Shown: positions 1 to 8,845, numbered from the stretch's first letter. The stretch is DNA of 64,000 nucleotides from a virus (IMGVR_UViG_3300027754_000039:1-64000); one strand, 5' to 3'. Notes: generated by a model from the sequence alone, not told the origin. Numbers and translations are program-made.

Positions 1-9
1 TTTTTCGTA

Positions 10-29
10 TTTCATAACTTTTCTATTTC
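10..29 (+). repeat. 20-nt direct repeat TTTCATAACTTTTCTATTTC, second copy at 884..903
   Basis: Exact match read from sequence; encodes EIEKL-stop overlapping the next ATG. Confidence 0.85.
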
Positions 30-194
30 TTGTTTTACTTCATTCCAATAATCAAATCTATTAGTTTCCCATTGAACATTATCACTTCCATTCCAATTAT
101 AACATTCCTTGATAATTTCATCAACTGCTATTAAAGCAGCAATCTCACCACCACATCTATCAACTAATTCTTTTGCTTTTTCCTTTGGTGTCAT
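12..194 (-). CDS. small hypothetical protein, MTPxEKA...YWxEVKxEIEKL family
   Basis: 60 aa; shares N- and C-terminal motifs with 886..1077. Confidence 0.75.
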   Translation of the reverse strand: MTPKEKAKELVDRCGGEIAALIAVDEIIKECYNWNGSDNVQWETNRFDYWNEVKQEIEKL

Positions 195-889
195 AGTTTT
201 ATTTTTTCTATTTCTTGTTCTCCAATTTTTATAATCTCGTTTAATTGTCTAATCTTAGCAATTACGTCATCACCTAATTCAATTTTAGACATTGTTGTTA
301 AGTCCATTATTTGATAAAGTAATAGATTAATTAATTCACTTTTTGCTTTCTCTCTCGGTGTCATATCCTCAATGTGCTCATATGCTCCATCTGGACCAAT
401 TTGAAAGTCATCTGAAACGTATGGTTTTGCTTGCAATTCTTCTGGAGTTGCAAATGGTTCTGGTACAGTTTCATTAATAAGATCTTTAATTAATTTTTCA
501 TCCCATACTTCATTTTCTAAACCATCATTTAACGTTACATCCCAATCTTTTAAATCAGCTTCTTCAGGTAATGGTCCGCAGTCGCAATAGGATGTGTGAC
601 CACAGTAACATTTTGTTACCATTTTGTCTTCTTCAGGCGTAGTTATCTTTGCAAGTTTAGCGTATTGCGTATATGGTTGTTCACCTTTGCCTAACGGTTC
701 ACCTTCATTTGATACAATCTCAAACTCTACTTCTAGTCCTTCATTAGAGTCATACAACTTTAGTCCATCTATATGGCCATTGTCTACTAATGATAGTGCA
801 TTTTGATTTTTCTTTACAATGTTTTCTCCAACTACTTCATCATAAATTACAATCCAACCTTGTTCTGCTTTATGTAATGTTCCTTTCAT
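191..889 (-). CDS. mosaic hypothetical protein (CxCGHTxxCxC motif, internal MTPREKA module)
   Basis: 232 aa ORF with ATGA overlaps at both ends. Confidence 0.7.
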   Translation of the reverse strand: MKGTLHKAEQGWIVIYDEVVGENIVKKNQNALSLVDNGHIDGLKLYDSNEGLEVEFEIVSNEGEPLGKGEQPYTQYAKLAKITTPEEDKMVTKCYCGHTSYCDCGPLPEEADLKDWDVTLNDGLENEVWDEKLIKDLINETVPEPFATPEELQAKPYVSDDFQIGPDGAYEHIEDMTPREKAKSELINLLLYQIMDLTTMSKIELGDDVIAKIRQLNEIIKIGEQEIEKIKL

Positions 890-1077
890 AACTTTTCTAT
901 TTCCTTTTTAACTTCAAACCAATAATCATATCTTACCATTGAGTCCTGGTCATATAATATTTTTTTAATTTGATCTACCATAACTAAGACACACTGTTTA
1001 GCTTCATTATAATCTAGTGACTTAACTTTAATTTGATAATCCACAATTAACTCAGATGCTTTTTCTCTTGGTGTCAT
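886..1077 (-). CDS. small hypothetical protein, MTPxEKA family
   Basis: 63 aa paralog of 12..194. Confidence 0.75.
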   Translation of the reverse strand: MTPREKASELIVDYQIKVKSLDYNEAKQCVLVMVDQIKKILYDQDSMVRYDYWFEVKKEIEKL

Positions 1078-1757
1078 ATTTCAAATATATTTCCGTTACT
1101 ACTTAGTTTACCAAACTTACGATCTGTTACTACACTTCCATTACTGTATATTGTATCCCTTATTGATAGTTTCATTGTTCCTGCATTAATGATGTCTTCA
1201 CAGTTATGGATATGACCAAACAGGCATAGTTTAGGTTTTAAATCTAACATACGCTTTTTAAGTGAAGCATCACCACAAAATTCTAATTTACCAGTTGCAT
1301 CATAAGATAAGTCTAGTATGCCTTTTGGTGGTCCATGTACAACTACAATATCAGTATCATCAGGAATATGCTTCCAAACTTCATGTGTCTTAGCTCTATT
1401 CTTATTGAATGCCCATCCATTACCAAAGTTTGGTGTGATTGGAGAACCCCATATTTTAAGTCCTTCTACTTCAATCCAATCATTCTCCAAGTAGATAATA
1501 CCTGCTCTTTCAAAATCATCTTTTTTAATAAAGTTTCTTTCAATACAAATATCGTGATTACCTGCTACAAATACTTTATGTTTGATTGGTAGTAAACTAT
1601 ACCAAGATATAAAGTTTTGCATTTCATCTTCACTTAGATATGGATCTTTTGGGTTAGTAGCATCGCCACTATGAATCACTATATCTATGTTTTCTGGGAT
1701 ATCTAATAACCCATGATATGTGTGTGTATCGCTTATATGCCATATTTTTAAACTCAT
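1074..1757 (-). CDS. calcineurin-like metallophosphoesterase
   Basis: HISDTH, HSGD, AGNHD, HGPP and FGHIH motifs. Confidence 0.9.
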   Translation of the reverse strand: MSLKIWHISDTHTYHGLLDIPENIDIVIHSGDATNPKDPYLSEDEMQNFISWYSLLPIKHKVFVAGNHDICIERNFIKKDDFERAGIIYLENDWIEVEGLKIWGSPITPNFGNGWAFNKNRAKTHEVWKHIPDDTDIVVVHGPPKGILDLSYDATGKLEFCGDASLKKRMLDLKPKLCLFGHIHNCEDIINAGTMKLSIRDTIYSNGSVVTDRKFGKLSSNGNIFEI

Positions 1758-2188
1758 TGTTTCATTTTTAAATTTTTATAAGATAAATTATTTTGCAAAT
1801 ATTTTATAGCATTCTGTAGTAATAAAATGTCATCTAAAAAATACCCAATTCCAAAATTACACCTAACACATAGTAAACCTCTAATTAAATTTGTTTTATG
1901 ACAATGATCAACCGAGAATTTTTTATTTGTAGTTCCAAACTCAGTTTCACATATAGCACATTTATTATTTTGAAGAGATAATAAATCAAAATACAATTTT
2001 TTATCAACTCCAGTTGAAAATTTTAACTGATGGAATTTAGTATTTTCTCTATTTTTTTTAGAATAATCTGTAGTTTGTTTTGTTATGCATTCTTTACACT
2101 GAGAACTTAAATTATCTTTTTTCTGTTTATCTTTAAAAAATAAAGATAAATCTTTTATTTGCTTACATTTAGTACATTTTTTGTTCAT
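1754..2188 (-). CDS. endonuclease VII-like (His-Cys box) endonuclease, probably homing type
   Basis: CAIC...VDHCH...RGLLCxxCN motif plus N-terminal CxxC...C zinc module. Confidence 0.85.
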   Translation of the reverse strand: MNKKCTKCKQIKDLSLFFKDKQKKDNLSSQCKECITKQTTDYSKKNRENTKFHQLKFSTGVDKKLYFDLLSLQNNKCAICETEFGTTNKKFSVDHCHKTNLIRGLLCVRCNFGIGYFLDDILLLQNAIKYLQNNLSYKNLKMKQ

Positions 2189-2214
2189 ATGAATATTTTT
2201 ATTATAAATATATC

Positions 2215-2248
2215 CATATTAGTCTTGTTTGTTTAGTGAGTTAATAAT
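2215..2248 (+). repeat. 34-nt direct repeat (1 mismatch), second copy at 3101..3134
   Basis: CATATTAGTCTTGTTT(G/A)TTTAGTGAGTTAATAAT at both sites. Confidence 0.9.
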
Positions 2249-2494
2249 TTCATCTTCAGTGTTAGAGTACTTTAATCTATGTTCACCATCTTCAAGACAT
2301 GAAACGTGAGATAATTGTCTAGCCATATCAATAGCTTCCCTTATATCTTCCTCTGTATACTTCCTATTGATCATATCTTCTTGGCATTGAGTGTAGCCAT
2401 CTATAAAAGCAATATAACTTGCGTGTGCTTCATCTGAACTATACCCATCTGCATATTTTGAAGCTAACTTTTCTAATTCTTCTTGTGTTTTCAT
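2219..2494 (-). CDS. hypothetical protein ending IINSLNKQD
   Basis: 91 aa ORF in operon context. Confidence 0.65.
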   Translation of the reverse strand: MKTQEELEKLASKYADGYSSDEAHASYIAFIDGYTQCQEDMINRKYTEEDIREAIDMARQLSHVSCLEDGEHRLKYSNTEDEIINSLNKQD

Positions 2495-2495
2495 A

Positions 2496-2768
2496 CTACT
2501 TTTCTTTTAAAATAAAAACCGTCATAATACTAATATATGTACCAAAGGCAATAGCAACCCATTTTAAAGTCTTTTGCTTTATTACTTCAGTTCTTATTGA
2601 TTGAAGTTGACATTTGAGTTTTTCTGTTTGTATATCACATTCTTCTATTTTTTCGGATAGGAAGTTAATTGTAATTTTATCATTTATTACCTCTGTGTTT
2701 AATGAGTCACATTGTGAGTATAGTCCTACACTCATAAACATTGCCAATGTTATTATTGTTGTTTTCAT
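2496..2768 (-). CDS. membrane/secreted protein (signal peptide, coiled coil, C-terminal TM)
   Basis: Hydrophobic N-terminus and C-terminal WVAIAFGTYISIMTVFIL. Confidence 0.6.
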   Translation of the reverse strand: MKTTIITLAMFMSVGLYSQCDSLNTEVINDKITINFLSEKIEECDIQTEKLKCQLQSIRTEVIKQKTLKWVAIAFGTYISIMTVFILKEK

Positions 2769-2782
2769 ACTTTAAATATACA

Positions 2783-3103
2783 TTAATTTACTTTGGAAGC
2801 CTGAATCTCTGTTAACTCATAAGTTGAGTTTTGTGTCTGAAATTTAATGTATCCTTCTCTTTGCTCTACTATTTCAGTAATGATAGTTGTTAACCAACCA
2901 TTATCTAAGATAAGTGATCTTCCTACTTTGATCTCATCGTGTTTGCTTTTAAAATGTCCTTCATCAGTCCATTCAATGTATTGAACTGACCATCTTCCTA
3001 CTTGGCTGAAACCATCATTCAATCTCCCTAAAATGTACTTTGGTTTGTATTCTTTTGCTACTACCAAATCAGCATTGAATTTATCTCGTTTTATTTTACT
3101 CAT
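2783..3103 (-). CDS. hypothetical protein
   Basis: 106 aa ORF downstream of a promoter motif. Confidence 0.65.
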   Translation of the reverse strand: MSKIKRDKFNADLVVAKEYKPKYILGRLNDGFSQVGRWSVQYIEWTDEGHFKSKHDEIKVGRSLILDNGWLTTIITEIVEQREGYIKFQTQNSTYELTEIQASKVN

Positions 3104-3151
3104 ATTAGTCTTGTTTATTTAGTGAGTTAATAATATTAATTCCTTCATACT

Positions 3152-3183
3152 TAAATTTAAGTTATTATCTTCAAAGCACCAAA
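3152..3183 (-). promoter_or_regulatory. Bacteroidota-type promoter TTTG-N20-TAAATTTA
   Basis: Motif read directly; matches the -33/-7 consensus TTTG-N19-21-TAnnTTTG. Confidence 0.75.
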
Positions 3184-3205
3184 TATTCTTTTGGATTTCT
3201 TTTGG

Positions 3206-3835
3206 CTAATCCCACCAAGTGTTTAATCCAGATCCATCTCTTTGTGATTCAAAATGATGATATGATTCTTCATGATTCATACCTTCTGGAGTTTGTTCAA
3301 ATTTTGAATAGTCTTGTCCTTTCATTATATACCATAGCTCATTCCACATTTCCTTTTCAATTTCGCGAGATCGGTCAAATACCTTTCGGTTATGTTCTTT
3401 TTCTTCTGCTGTATCTTGATCTACCATTTGAACATACCCTTCAGTTTCTGCAGGTTCAAATTCCCAAGGATGATGTATGAGTTCGCCTAATTCATCTTCA
3501 GCCATTTCAATAAAATTTTCTTCTATAAAATGTTCCATTAACTTTGCAGCGCGTAACATTTTTTCAACTTTTTTTGAGCTAGAAGATTTTATTTCATTTC
3601 CACGATCATCCATTGTAATCGCCATATCAACTAGCGCAATTTTCATAAATGGTAACACTGAATGTTGGCCTGCCCACCATGAGTAATTCCAAAGTGCTTT
3701 ACGAAACAGCCATATATTTTTACAAAATTTAGGAAAGTCATATCGCGCGAAATCCCACACCTTCCAATACCAACGTTCTCTATTAGCTAAAGTCTTAAGA
3801 CTTTCAAAAAAGCTATCTGCCATTTTTACTTCCAT
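3206..3835 (-). CDS. hypothetical protein
   Basis: 209 aa ORF. Confidence 0.7.
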   Translation of the reverse strand: MEVKMADSFFESLKTLANRERWYWKVWDFARYDFPKFCKNIWLFRKALWNYSWWAGQHSVLPFMKIALVDMAITMDDRGNEIKSSSSKKVEKMLRAAKLMEHFIEENFIEMAEDELGELIHHPWEFEPAETEGYVQMVDQDTAEEKEHNRKVFDRSREIEKEMWNELWYIMKGQDYSKFEQTPEGMNHEESYHHFESQRDGSGLNTWWD

Positions 3836-3975
3836 AAATGATCAATTACTATTAATACTATTAATACTACTATACCTGCTAATGCTATTACCACTGAAGT
3901 CATTGCACTTTCGACTTGATCTTTTCGTTTGCCTTGAAACGAATCTTTATCCCAATTGGAATCTTTTTTAGGCAT
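3826..3975 (-). CDS. small membrane protein
   Basis: C-terminal hydrophobic helix; MPKK start preferred over the ORF-track start at 4008. Confidence 0.55.
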   Translation of the reverse strand: MPKKDSNWDKDSFQGKRKDQVESAMTSVVIALAGIVVLIVLIVIDHLWK

Positions 3976-4234
3976 TGCCGGGCGGCCCATAATACGATTT
4001 AATAACATACGGTTTTTGTTTTTCTAGATTAAGAGCTAATACTATTTCATTATGAGCAATAGTTAAATCATGAGCGTGAATGGCTATTGATCTAATATCA
4101 GCATTTTGAGTGGATTGCTCTTTTGATAAAGAGCTTAATTCCTTTTGTATTTTTTTTATATGTGCCAAACAAGCAATAAGATACACTCCTATTAGCAAGG
4201 TTATAACACTTAAAATTACAATTGATATTATCAT
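3968..4234 (-). CDS. N-terminal TM plus coiled-coil protein
   Basis: Hydrophobic first 24 aa, then heptad-like segment. Confidence 0.6.
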   Translation of the reverse strand: MIISIVILSVITLLIGVYLIACLAHIKKIQKELSSLSKEQSTQNADIRSIAIHAHDLTIAHNEIVLALNLEKQKPYVIKSYYGPPGNA

Positions 4235-4250
4235 AATAAATTACTTTACA

Positions 4251-4282
4251 TAAATATAAGTAATTTATTTTAAAGTATCAAA
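4251..4282 (-). promoter_or_regulatory. Bacteroidota-type promoter TTTG-N20-TATATTTA
   Basis: Motif in intergenic gap. Confidence 0.75.
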
Positions 4283-4822
4283 TTATCTTTCTAAATAAAC
4301 AATAAAATCTTTTGAAATAGAATTCCCGTGACTAGCGTCTTGAAGTTCAACACCTTTATATGATATTGAATCTATAATTGAATGATCGCCTAAATTATTA
4401 ATATGCAAACAAATATTTGCTGAATTAAATTTATCTTCATTAACATAACCAATGCAAAAATCTCCTTTGAACTTTTCAATGCAAGTTAAAACTCCAATCG
4501 GTTCCAATTCAAAATCTTCTGGATATAATTCTTCTGTAATAGTAGTATGATTTTTTATTTCGTCACATGGTTTTTTAAAAACTACATTTCCATGTTCATC
4601 TTCTACATACAATATAGAATCGTCAGTATCAGCTCCAATTTTATGAAAATTATCATCAACGTCAAACCAATTTAATTTATCATCAGATTGTACAGCATCA
4701 ATTAAATATTCTACTAAATCTGCTTCACGTTCAATTTCACTATAAATCTGCTCTACAGTTTCCATTGGCAGTGCGCCTTGAGTTATTTCAAACCCATTAC
4801 CTACAATATATAGTTTATACAT
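4283..4822 (-). CDS. acidic hypothetical protein
   Basis: 179 aa ORF. Confidence 0.65.
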   Translation of the reverse strand: MYKLYIVGNGFEITQGALPMETVEQIYSEIEREADLVEYLIDAVQSDDKLNWFDVDDNFHKIGADTDDSILYVEDEHGNVVFKKPCDEIKNHTTITEELYPEDFELEPIGVLTCIEKFKGDFCIGYVNEDKFNSANICLHINNLGDHSIIDSISYKGVELQDASHGNSISKDFIVYLER

Positions 4823-4871
4823 TAGTTAGTGTGTATCGGGATACCAGTTATAGTCATCCCAGTCATTATCG

Positions 4872-5015
4872 TTAACGACCTTGACCTCTGTAACGTTTTT
4901 TGTAATTTTTACTTCGTTTATTTCCAGTTTGTTTTGTTTTTGCGTGTACCCCTGGTCGTCTACGTTTTGATCCGAAAGTAACTTTTCTTGAGTCATTTGA
5001 TGATGCTTTTGCCAT
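4872..5015 (-). CDS. 47-aa highly basic protein ending KKRYRGQGR (not in ORF track)
   Basis: Hand translation MAKASSNDSRKVTFGSKRRRPGVHAKTKQTGNKRSKNYKKRYRGQGR; fills the gap on the coding strand. Confidence 0.75.
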   Translation of the reverse strand: MAKASSNDSRKVTFGSKRRRPGVHAKTKQTGNKRSKNYKKRYRGQGR

Positions 5016-5021
5016 TAGTGT

Positions 5022-5312
5022 TTATAAAGATAAGGTTCCAAATTGATTCATTTTTCCAAATGTACCGAGTTTATCTTGATTAGGCATTACTGCTATATAA
5101 TCATCACCGCGATCTTGTATTATCGCTCCTAATTGCATTGCCGTTATTTTCCATAACTCAAAGCTTTCAAAACGTTGTACATGCATTTCAGGTGCTCGTT
5201 GCATTTGCTCAAAACCACCGGGTGAACCAAAATATAAAGATTCACTTCCATATTCACTTAATTGTTTTTGAATTTCTTCTTTAACAATTTCTAAAAATCT
5301 ACTCTTCTTCAT
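5022..5312 (-). CDS. hypothetical protein with IxEEI...LxE leader
   Basis: N-terminus MKKSRFLEIVKEEIQKQLSE. Confidence 0.65.
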   Translation of the reverse strand: MKKSRFLEIVKEEIQKQLSEYGSESLYFGSPGGFEQMQRAPEMHVQRFESFELWKITAMQLGAIIQDRGDDYIAVMPNQDKLGTFGKMNQFGTLSL

Positions 5313-5530
5313 TGCTGCTTTTTATGTAAATAAAAGTATAAACCAAACAACGATGCTGAAGTAAGGTAGAATATTAAATCCGTAGTCCAATAAGATCCTG
5401 TCCAATCCATCACTGTTTTGAACAGTGCGTCGAATCCAAGAGGGTTGAAGAATGTTGCTGCCATTAAGATGATGGTATTTCGCCTTTTCTTGAATGTGCT
5501 GCGCCATGTAGTCGGTTTGCTTACTGTCAT
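5309..5530 (-). CDS. small membrane protein
   Basis: Two hydrophobic segments; ATGA overlap with 5022..5312. Confidence 0.6.
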   Translation of the reverse strand: MTVSKPTTWRSTFKKRRNTIILMAATFFNPLGFDALFKTVMDWTGSYWTTDLIFYLTSASLFGLYFYLHKKQQ

Positions 5531-5572
5531 CTCCCATTGAATCGTTTATTCGTTAGACAATATTCTAATTGA

Positions 5573-5863
5573 TTAGAACTGATATTTAGTACGTTGTTGC
5601 TTAATCATATTCATATACATAGTAATCTGGGTACGATTAAGTCCTAATGATAAAATAATATCATTTAAAATAGATGCTACTGCAGGCTTAGATAAGTTCG
5701 GAGCTTTCTGCAAAGCATTTACTAAACTATCAACTTCTTTACGAACAGAGGAACTATATTTAACTTGTTCTAAATCGTATATTTCATTTACTAATGTAGG
5801 ATCATTTGCCATTTCTCTAGCGATTTCCTCTTTAATGATTTTGATCAATTGTTCTTTTTTCAT
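5573..5863 (-). CDS. hypothetical protein with IxEEI leader
   Basis: N-terminus MKKEQLIKIIKEEIARE. Confidence 0.65.
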   Translation of the reverse strand: MKKEQLIKIIKEEIAREMANDPTLVNEIYDLEQVKYSSSVRKEVDSLVNALQKAPNLSKPAVASILNDIILSLGLNRTQITMYMNMIKQQRTKYQF

Positions 5864-5899
5864 AATGTTTATCCTCTGTTCGTAAAGGTTGATATATTT

Positions 5900-6094
5900 T
5901 TATTTTCCAGCTTTAACGTGCTCCACGCTAGCTTTCTTGTATGCAGTTACGTGCTTTTTAAGTTCATTAATGGCTTTGCGAGCTCTACCAGCTGCTGCCT
6001 TGTTTCCTTTTTCTTCGTAAATTGCATGATTCTCAGAAAAGTCTTTCCAAAGGCTTTCCATTTCATTTTTGATTCCAAAAACTGTGTTTTCCAT
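5900..6094 (-). CDS. histone H1-like nucleoid protein, Hc1 family
   Basis: EKGNKAAAGRARKA...ELKK...YKKAS resembles the Hc1 core KGNKAAGxRARK. Confidence 0.7.
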   Translation of the reverse strand: MENTVFGIKNEMESLWKDFSENHAIYEEKGNKAAAGRARKAINELKKHVTAYKKASVEHVKAGK

Positions 6095-6125
6095 AAATTG
6101 TTGTTTTTTTTGTTTTTAATAAATA

Positions 6126-6362
6126 TTACATTTGTATTGAAAATTGACTATAAAATAATCTTTCCAAGGTTTCATAATCAGTTATATTAGTTTGTCTTAA
6201 TATTTCTTGACCGTCAAAGAATACAATTCCGTTAAACATTTCATCTATATAAAAGTCTACTACTTGAACTTGATATTCATTGCCACGAATTAAATCGACA
6301 ACCAACATTGGCTGTTCACTGATAACATCATTTCCGCCTGGGTATATATTATAATCTGCCAT
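6126..6362 (-). CDS. hypothetical protein
   Basis: 78 aa ORF. Confidence 0.6.
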   Translation of the reverse strand: MADYNIYPGGNDVISEQPMLVVDLIRGNEYQVQVVDFYIDEMFNGIVFFDGQEILRQTNITDYETLERLFYSQFSIQM

Positions 6363-6395
6363 ATTCTCAATTTTATATTAATAAATATCAGAAAC

Positions 6396-6965
6396 CTAAT
6401 TTTTCAATATATTAATTAGGTCTGATAATTTATTAATTCTATTTGTTGCTGGACAGTCTTGATTATAAGGCCTGTCAAACAAAATAAAAGTCGTTTCATC
6501 TCTTCCTGCCTTTACCCACTTATCATAATTCTTAGGGCTATCGTCTATTAGATAGTCTATATCAATTTTATATTTGTAATTGGATATATGCACTTCAAGA
6601 AAGTTAAAGTAGTGCTTACCAAGCCAATATAAGGTATGACAGGCATTGTAAGGCATTTGTGCTGTAACACAAATATATTGATATCCCGGCTTTTGAGTTC
6701 TACCCCATTCTTTAAGAAGTTTAAATTCTTCTTTAACTCCTGGCATTAAGTCAGCTTCACGGTAAATTTCTTCACAATGAGTTTCCTGCCAAAGCTTTGC
6801 TAACTCTTTGATATCCATATCGACGTTATCAAAGTCCCAGCTAGTAGTTATATCTGATAAAATCTTATCAGGATATAATTCTTTAATAAGGCTCATTACC
6901 TTAGTATCAAAGTCTCTTAAAACTCCGTCGACATCAATTCCTAGTCGAATTTTCTTTTTTGACAT
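6396..6965 (-). CDS. HAD-family 5'(3')-deoxyribonucleotidase (NT5C-like)
   Basis: DVDGVL, LIDDSP and FDRPYN motifs. Confidence 0.85.
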   Translation of the reverse strand: MSKKKIRLGIDVDGVLRDFDTKVMSLIKELYPDKILSDITTSWDFDNVDMDIKELAKLWQETHCEEIYREADLMPGVKEEFKLLKEWGRTQKPGYQYICVTAQMPYNACHTLYWLGKHYFNFLEVHISNYKYKIDIDYLIDDSPKNYDKWVKAGRDETTFILFDRPYNQDCPATNRINKLSDLINILKN

Positions 6966-7179
6966 AACTTTTTCTTTTTGGTTTTATATTGCAAATTTTT
7001 TCTATCTTCTTTTTTAAGATAGCACATTTTTCATATTCTTCATGCTCTCGAAAATATTCAATAGCTTGTTCTAAAAGCTCCACTTTTTGAGAATCTAATA
7101 ATTCTCCAGGCCACTTAATTCTACTAGCAACTAACAGATCATACCCATCAGTCATTAACTGTTTAAAGTAATTTTTCAT
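6934..7179 (-). CDS. small protein with UVR-like motif
   Basis: AIEYFREHEEYEKCAILKK. Confidence 0.55.
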   Translation of the reverse strand: MKNYFKQLMTDGYDLLVASRIKWPGELLDSQKVELLEQAIEYFREHEEYEKCAILKKKIEKICNIKPKRKSYVKKENSTRN

Positions 7180-7193
7180 AAGTACAGAACGTT

Positions 7194-7478
7194 TTACTCG
7201 TTAGAAAACATACCATATCCTGGTCTAGGAGTATGGGTAAATATTTTTATTAAGCCTGTCATATATTTTGACAATTCTTCTCCAGGTGTCCAAGTAGCTC
7301 CTTGATTATTTACTACATAAGTAATATTACCATTGCCAGCTACTTTAGTAACTTCTCCGGTAGATTTATAATAGTCACAATTTTTATCAATATTTTTTAC
7401 CATGTCTCCAGGTAGAAATTCGTAAGGCTTCGAAACTTTTAATAAGTCAGACTCTAATTTTAATATTTTCGTTTTCAT
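7194..7478 (-). CDS. SH3/KOW-like beta-barrel hypothetical protein
   Basis: FLPGDMVK...GEVTKV pattern. Confidence 0.5.
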   Translation of the reverse strand: MKTKILKLESDLLKVSKPYEFLPGDMVKNIDKNCDYYKSTGEVTKVAGNGNITYVVNNQGATWTPGEELSKYMTGLIKIFTHTPRPGYGMFSNE

Positions 7479-8155
7479 AATGTTGATATTAGTTTATATG
7501 CCTTAGCACCAAATAAAATCATAGACCTGGTATCTGCTTGATAAAATGCATCAACCTTTTTTCTCTTTGCCAATTTATTATAACGTAATATTGAAGGTAT
7601 TGATTCAATCCATTCATTGCTATCTATAATTTGCTTTACTTCTAAAGCTGACTTTGTTAATTCAAACATATCATCAAAGTCCCATTCAATATGAACAACC
7701 GGCTCAATAATATTATCTTCTTCATTGATATAATCAATACATAAATCCAACCCACATTTAAAATTTACTGACAACAGTCTTAGCAACTCAGGTCTTTCTT
7801 TTGAAAATTCCAATACCTGCTCTTTAGCTTCTCCTGTAATTGGATATCTATAAACAAAATGACTATGGTCAATTATCAAACTACTTTTATTTAATTGCAC
7901 AAACCATGGATGTAATATTGCCGTGGTGCCAACATCTTGCCCACCATCTTTATACCAAGTATCGTCATGATATAAAGATAAACCATTAACTTCATAATAA
8001 GCTCTTTCAATTTCATTTAAATCAAATCCTTCATGATCGACGTGGCATTGACCTGTCTTAAGTAAGACAGTAGATATCATACTAGATAATGGTTTATGTA
8101 CTATATTCGGATTAACTGAATATGGAGTATGGCATTTATAGTCGATTTGCATCAT
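7475..8155 (-). CDS. hypothetical protein
   Basis: 226 aa ORF. Confidence 0.7.
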   Translation of the reverse strand: MMQIDYKCHTPYSVNPNIVHKPLSSMISTVLLKTGQCHVDHEGFDLNEIERAYYEVNGLSLYHDDTWYKDGGQDVGTTAILHPWFVQLNKSSLIIDHSHFVYRYPITGEAKEQVLEFSKERPELLRLLSVNFKCGLDLCIDYINEEDNIIEPVVHIEWDFDDMFELTKSALEVKQIIDSNEWIESIPSILRYNKLAKRKKVDAFYQADTRSMILFGAKAYKLISTL

Positions 8156-8167
8156 ATACTATAAATA

Positions 8168-8602
8168 TCACATTTCATTTTCTTCTACGTCAGATTCATT
8201 CCATTCTTCTTCAAAAGCTGTATAATCAATTCCATAAAGATCTTTCATTCTATCTTTAAGAAATGAAGCAGCTCTTGTATGTTTATCCATATCTAATAAA
8301 GCGATAGCAAATAAGTCAGCTTCTTTTTCAGACTGCTCGTCTACACCTGCGCCATGACCTAACATTGAATGAGCAATTTCATGAGCTTCAATAGCTAGAA
8401 GTTGATCTGTATCAATATTTTCATCGACTAATCTTTCTCCATCGACAAAGATATTTTTAGTGCCTACCCATAAAGCTCCAATAGAGTTATTCATAGACTG
8501 TAAAGCATTTTTTATACTTTGATATTTATCACTATCAGAATATACTACAAAAATTTGATACTCAGGATTAATAACTGAGTTGTAAGTAACGATTCCTTCC
8601 AT
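8168..8602 (-). CDS. HExxH zinc metallopeptidase-like protein (ImmA/IrrE-like)
   Basis: AHEIAH followed by E.EAD.FA. Confidence 0.75.
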   Translation of the reverse strand: MEGIVTYNSVINPEYQIFVVYSDSDKYQSIKNALQSMNNSIGALWVGTKNIFVDGERLVDENIDTDQLLAIEAHEIAHSMLGHGAGVDEQSEKEADLFAIALLDMDKHTRAASFLKDRMKDLYGIDYTAFEEEWNESDVEENEM

Positions 8603-8841
8603 TACATTTTTACTTTTAAAGGTTGTATTCTTGTTAAAAATTCTTCAACAGATAAATTTTCATTTCGATCTGTTTTAATTCTAATATGCACTAACATTTC
8701 CGGTTGCTTGTCTACCATCTTCATTAAAGCCTTTAGACCTAATCCTGCATAGAAAGTATTAAAAGACACTTCGCCTAATAGGTTAGTATCCTTTATACAG
8801 TCTTTTTCAGTATCACCCGGAAGCATTATAAAATATTGCAT
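8602..8841 (-). CDS. hypothetical protein
   Basis: 79 aa; ATG only 4 nt after the promoter -7 element. Confidence 0.65.
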   Translation of the reverse strand: MQYFIMLPGDTEKDCIKDTNLLGEVSFNTFYAGLGLKALMKMVDKQPEMLVHIRIKTDRNENLSVEEFLTRIQPLKVKM

Positions 8842-8845
8842 TACT

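Noticed and set aside
3976-3990. GC-rich GGCCGCCCGGCA motif resembling the 46 kb inverted repeat
   Set aside because: Lies in coding sequence (GPPGNA) and I found no partner repeat
5322-5537. Alternative minus-strand ORF overlapping 5309..5530
   Set aside because: The other frame has the ATGA coupling to the next gene and a coherent membrane-protein pattern
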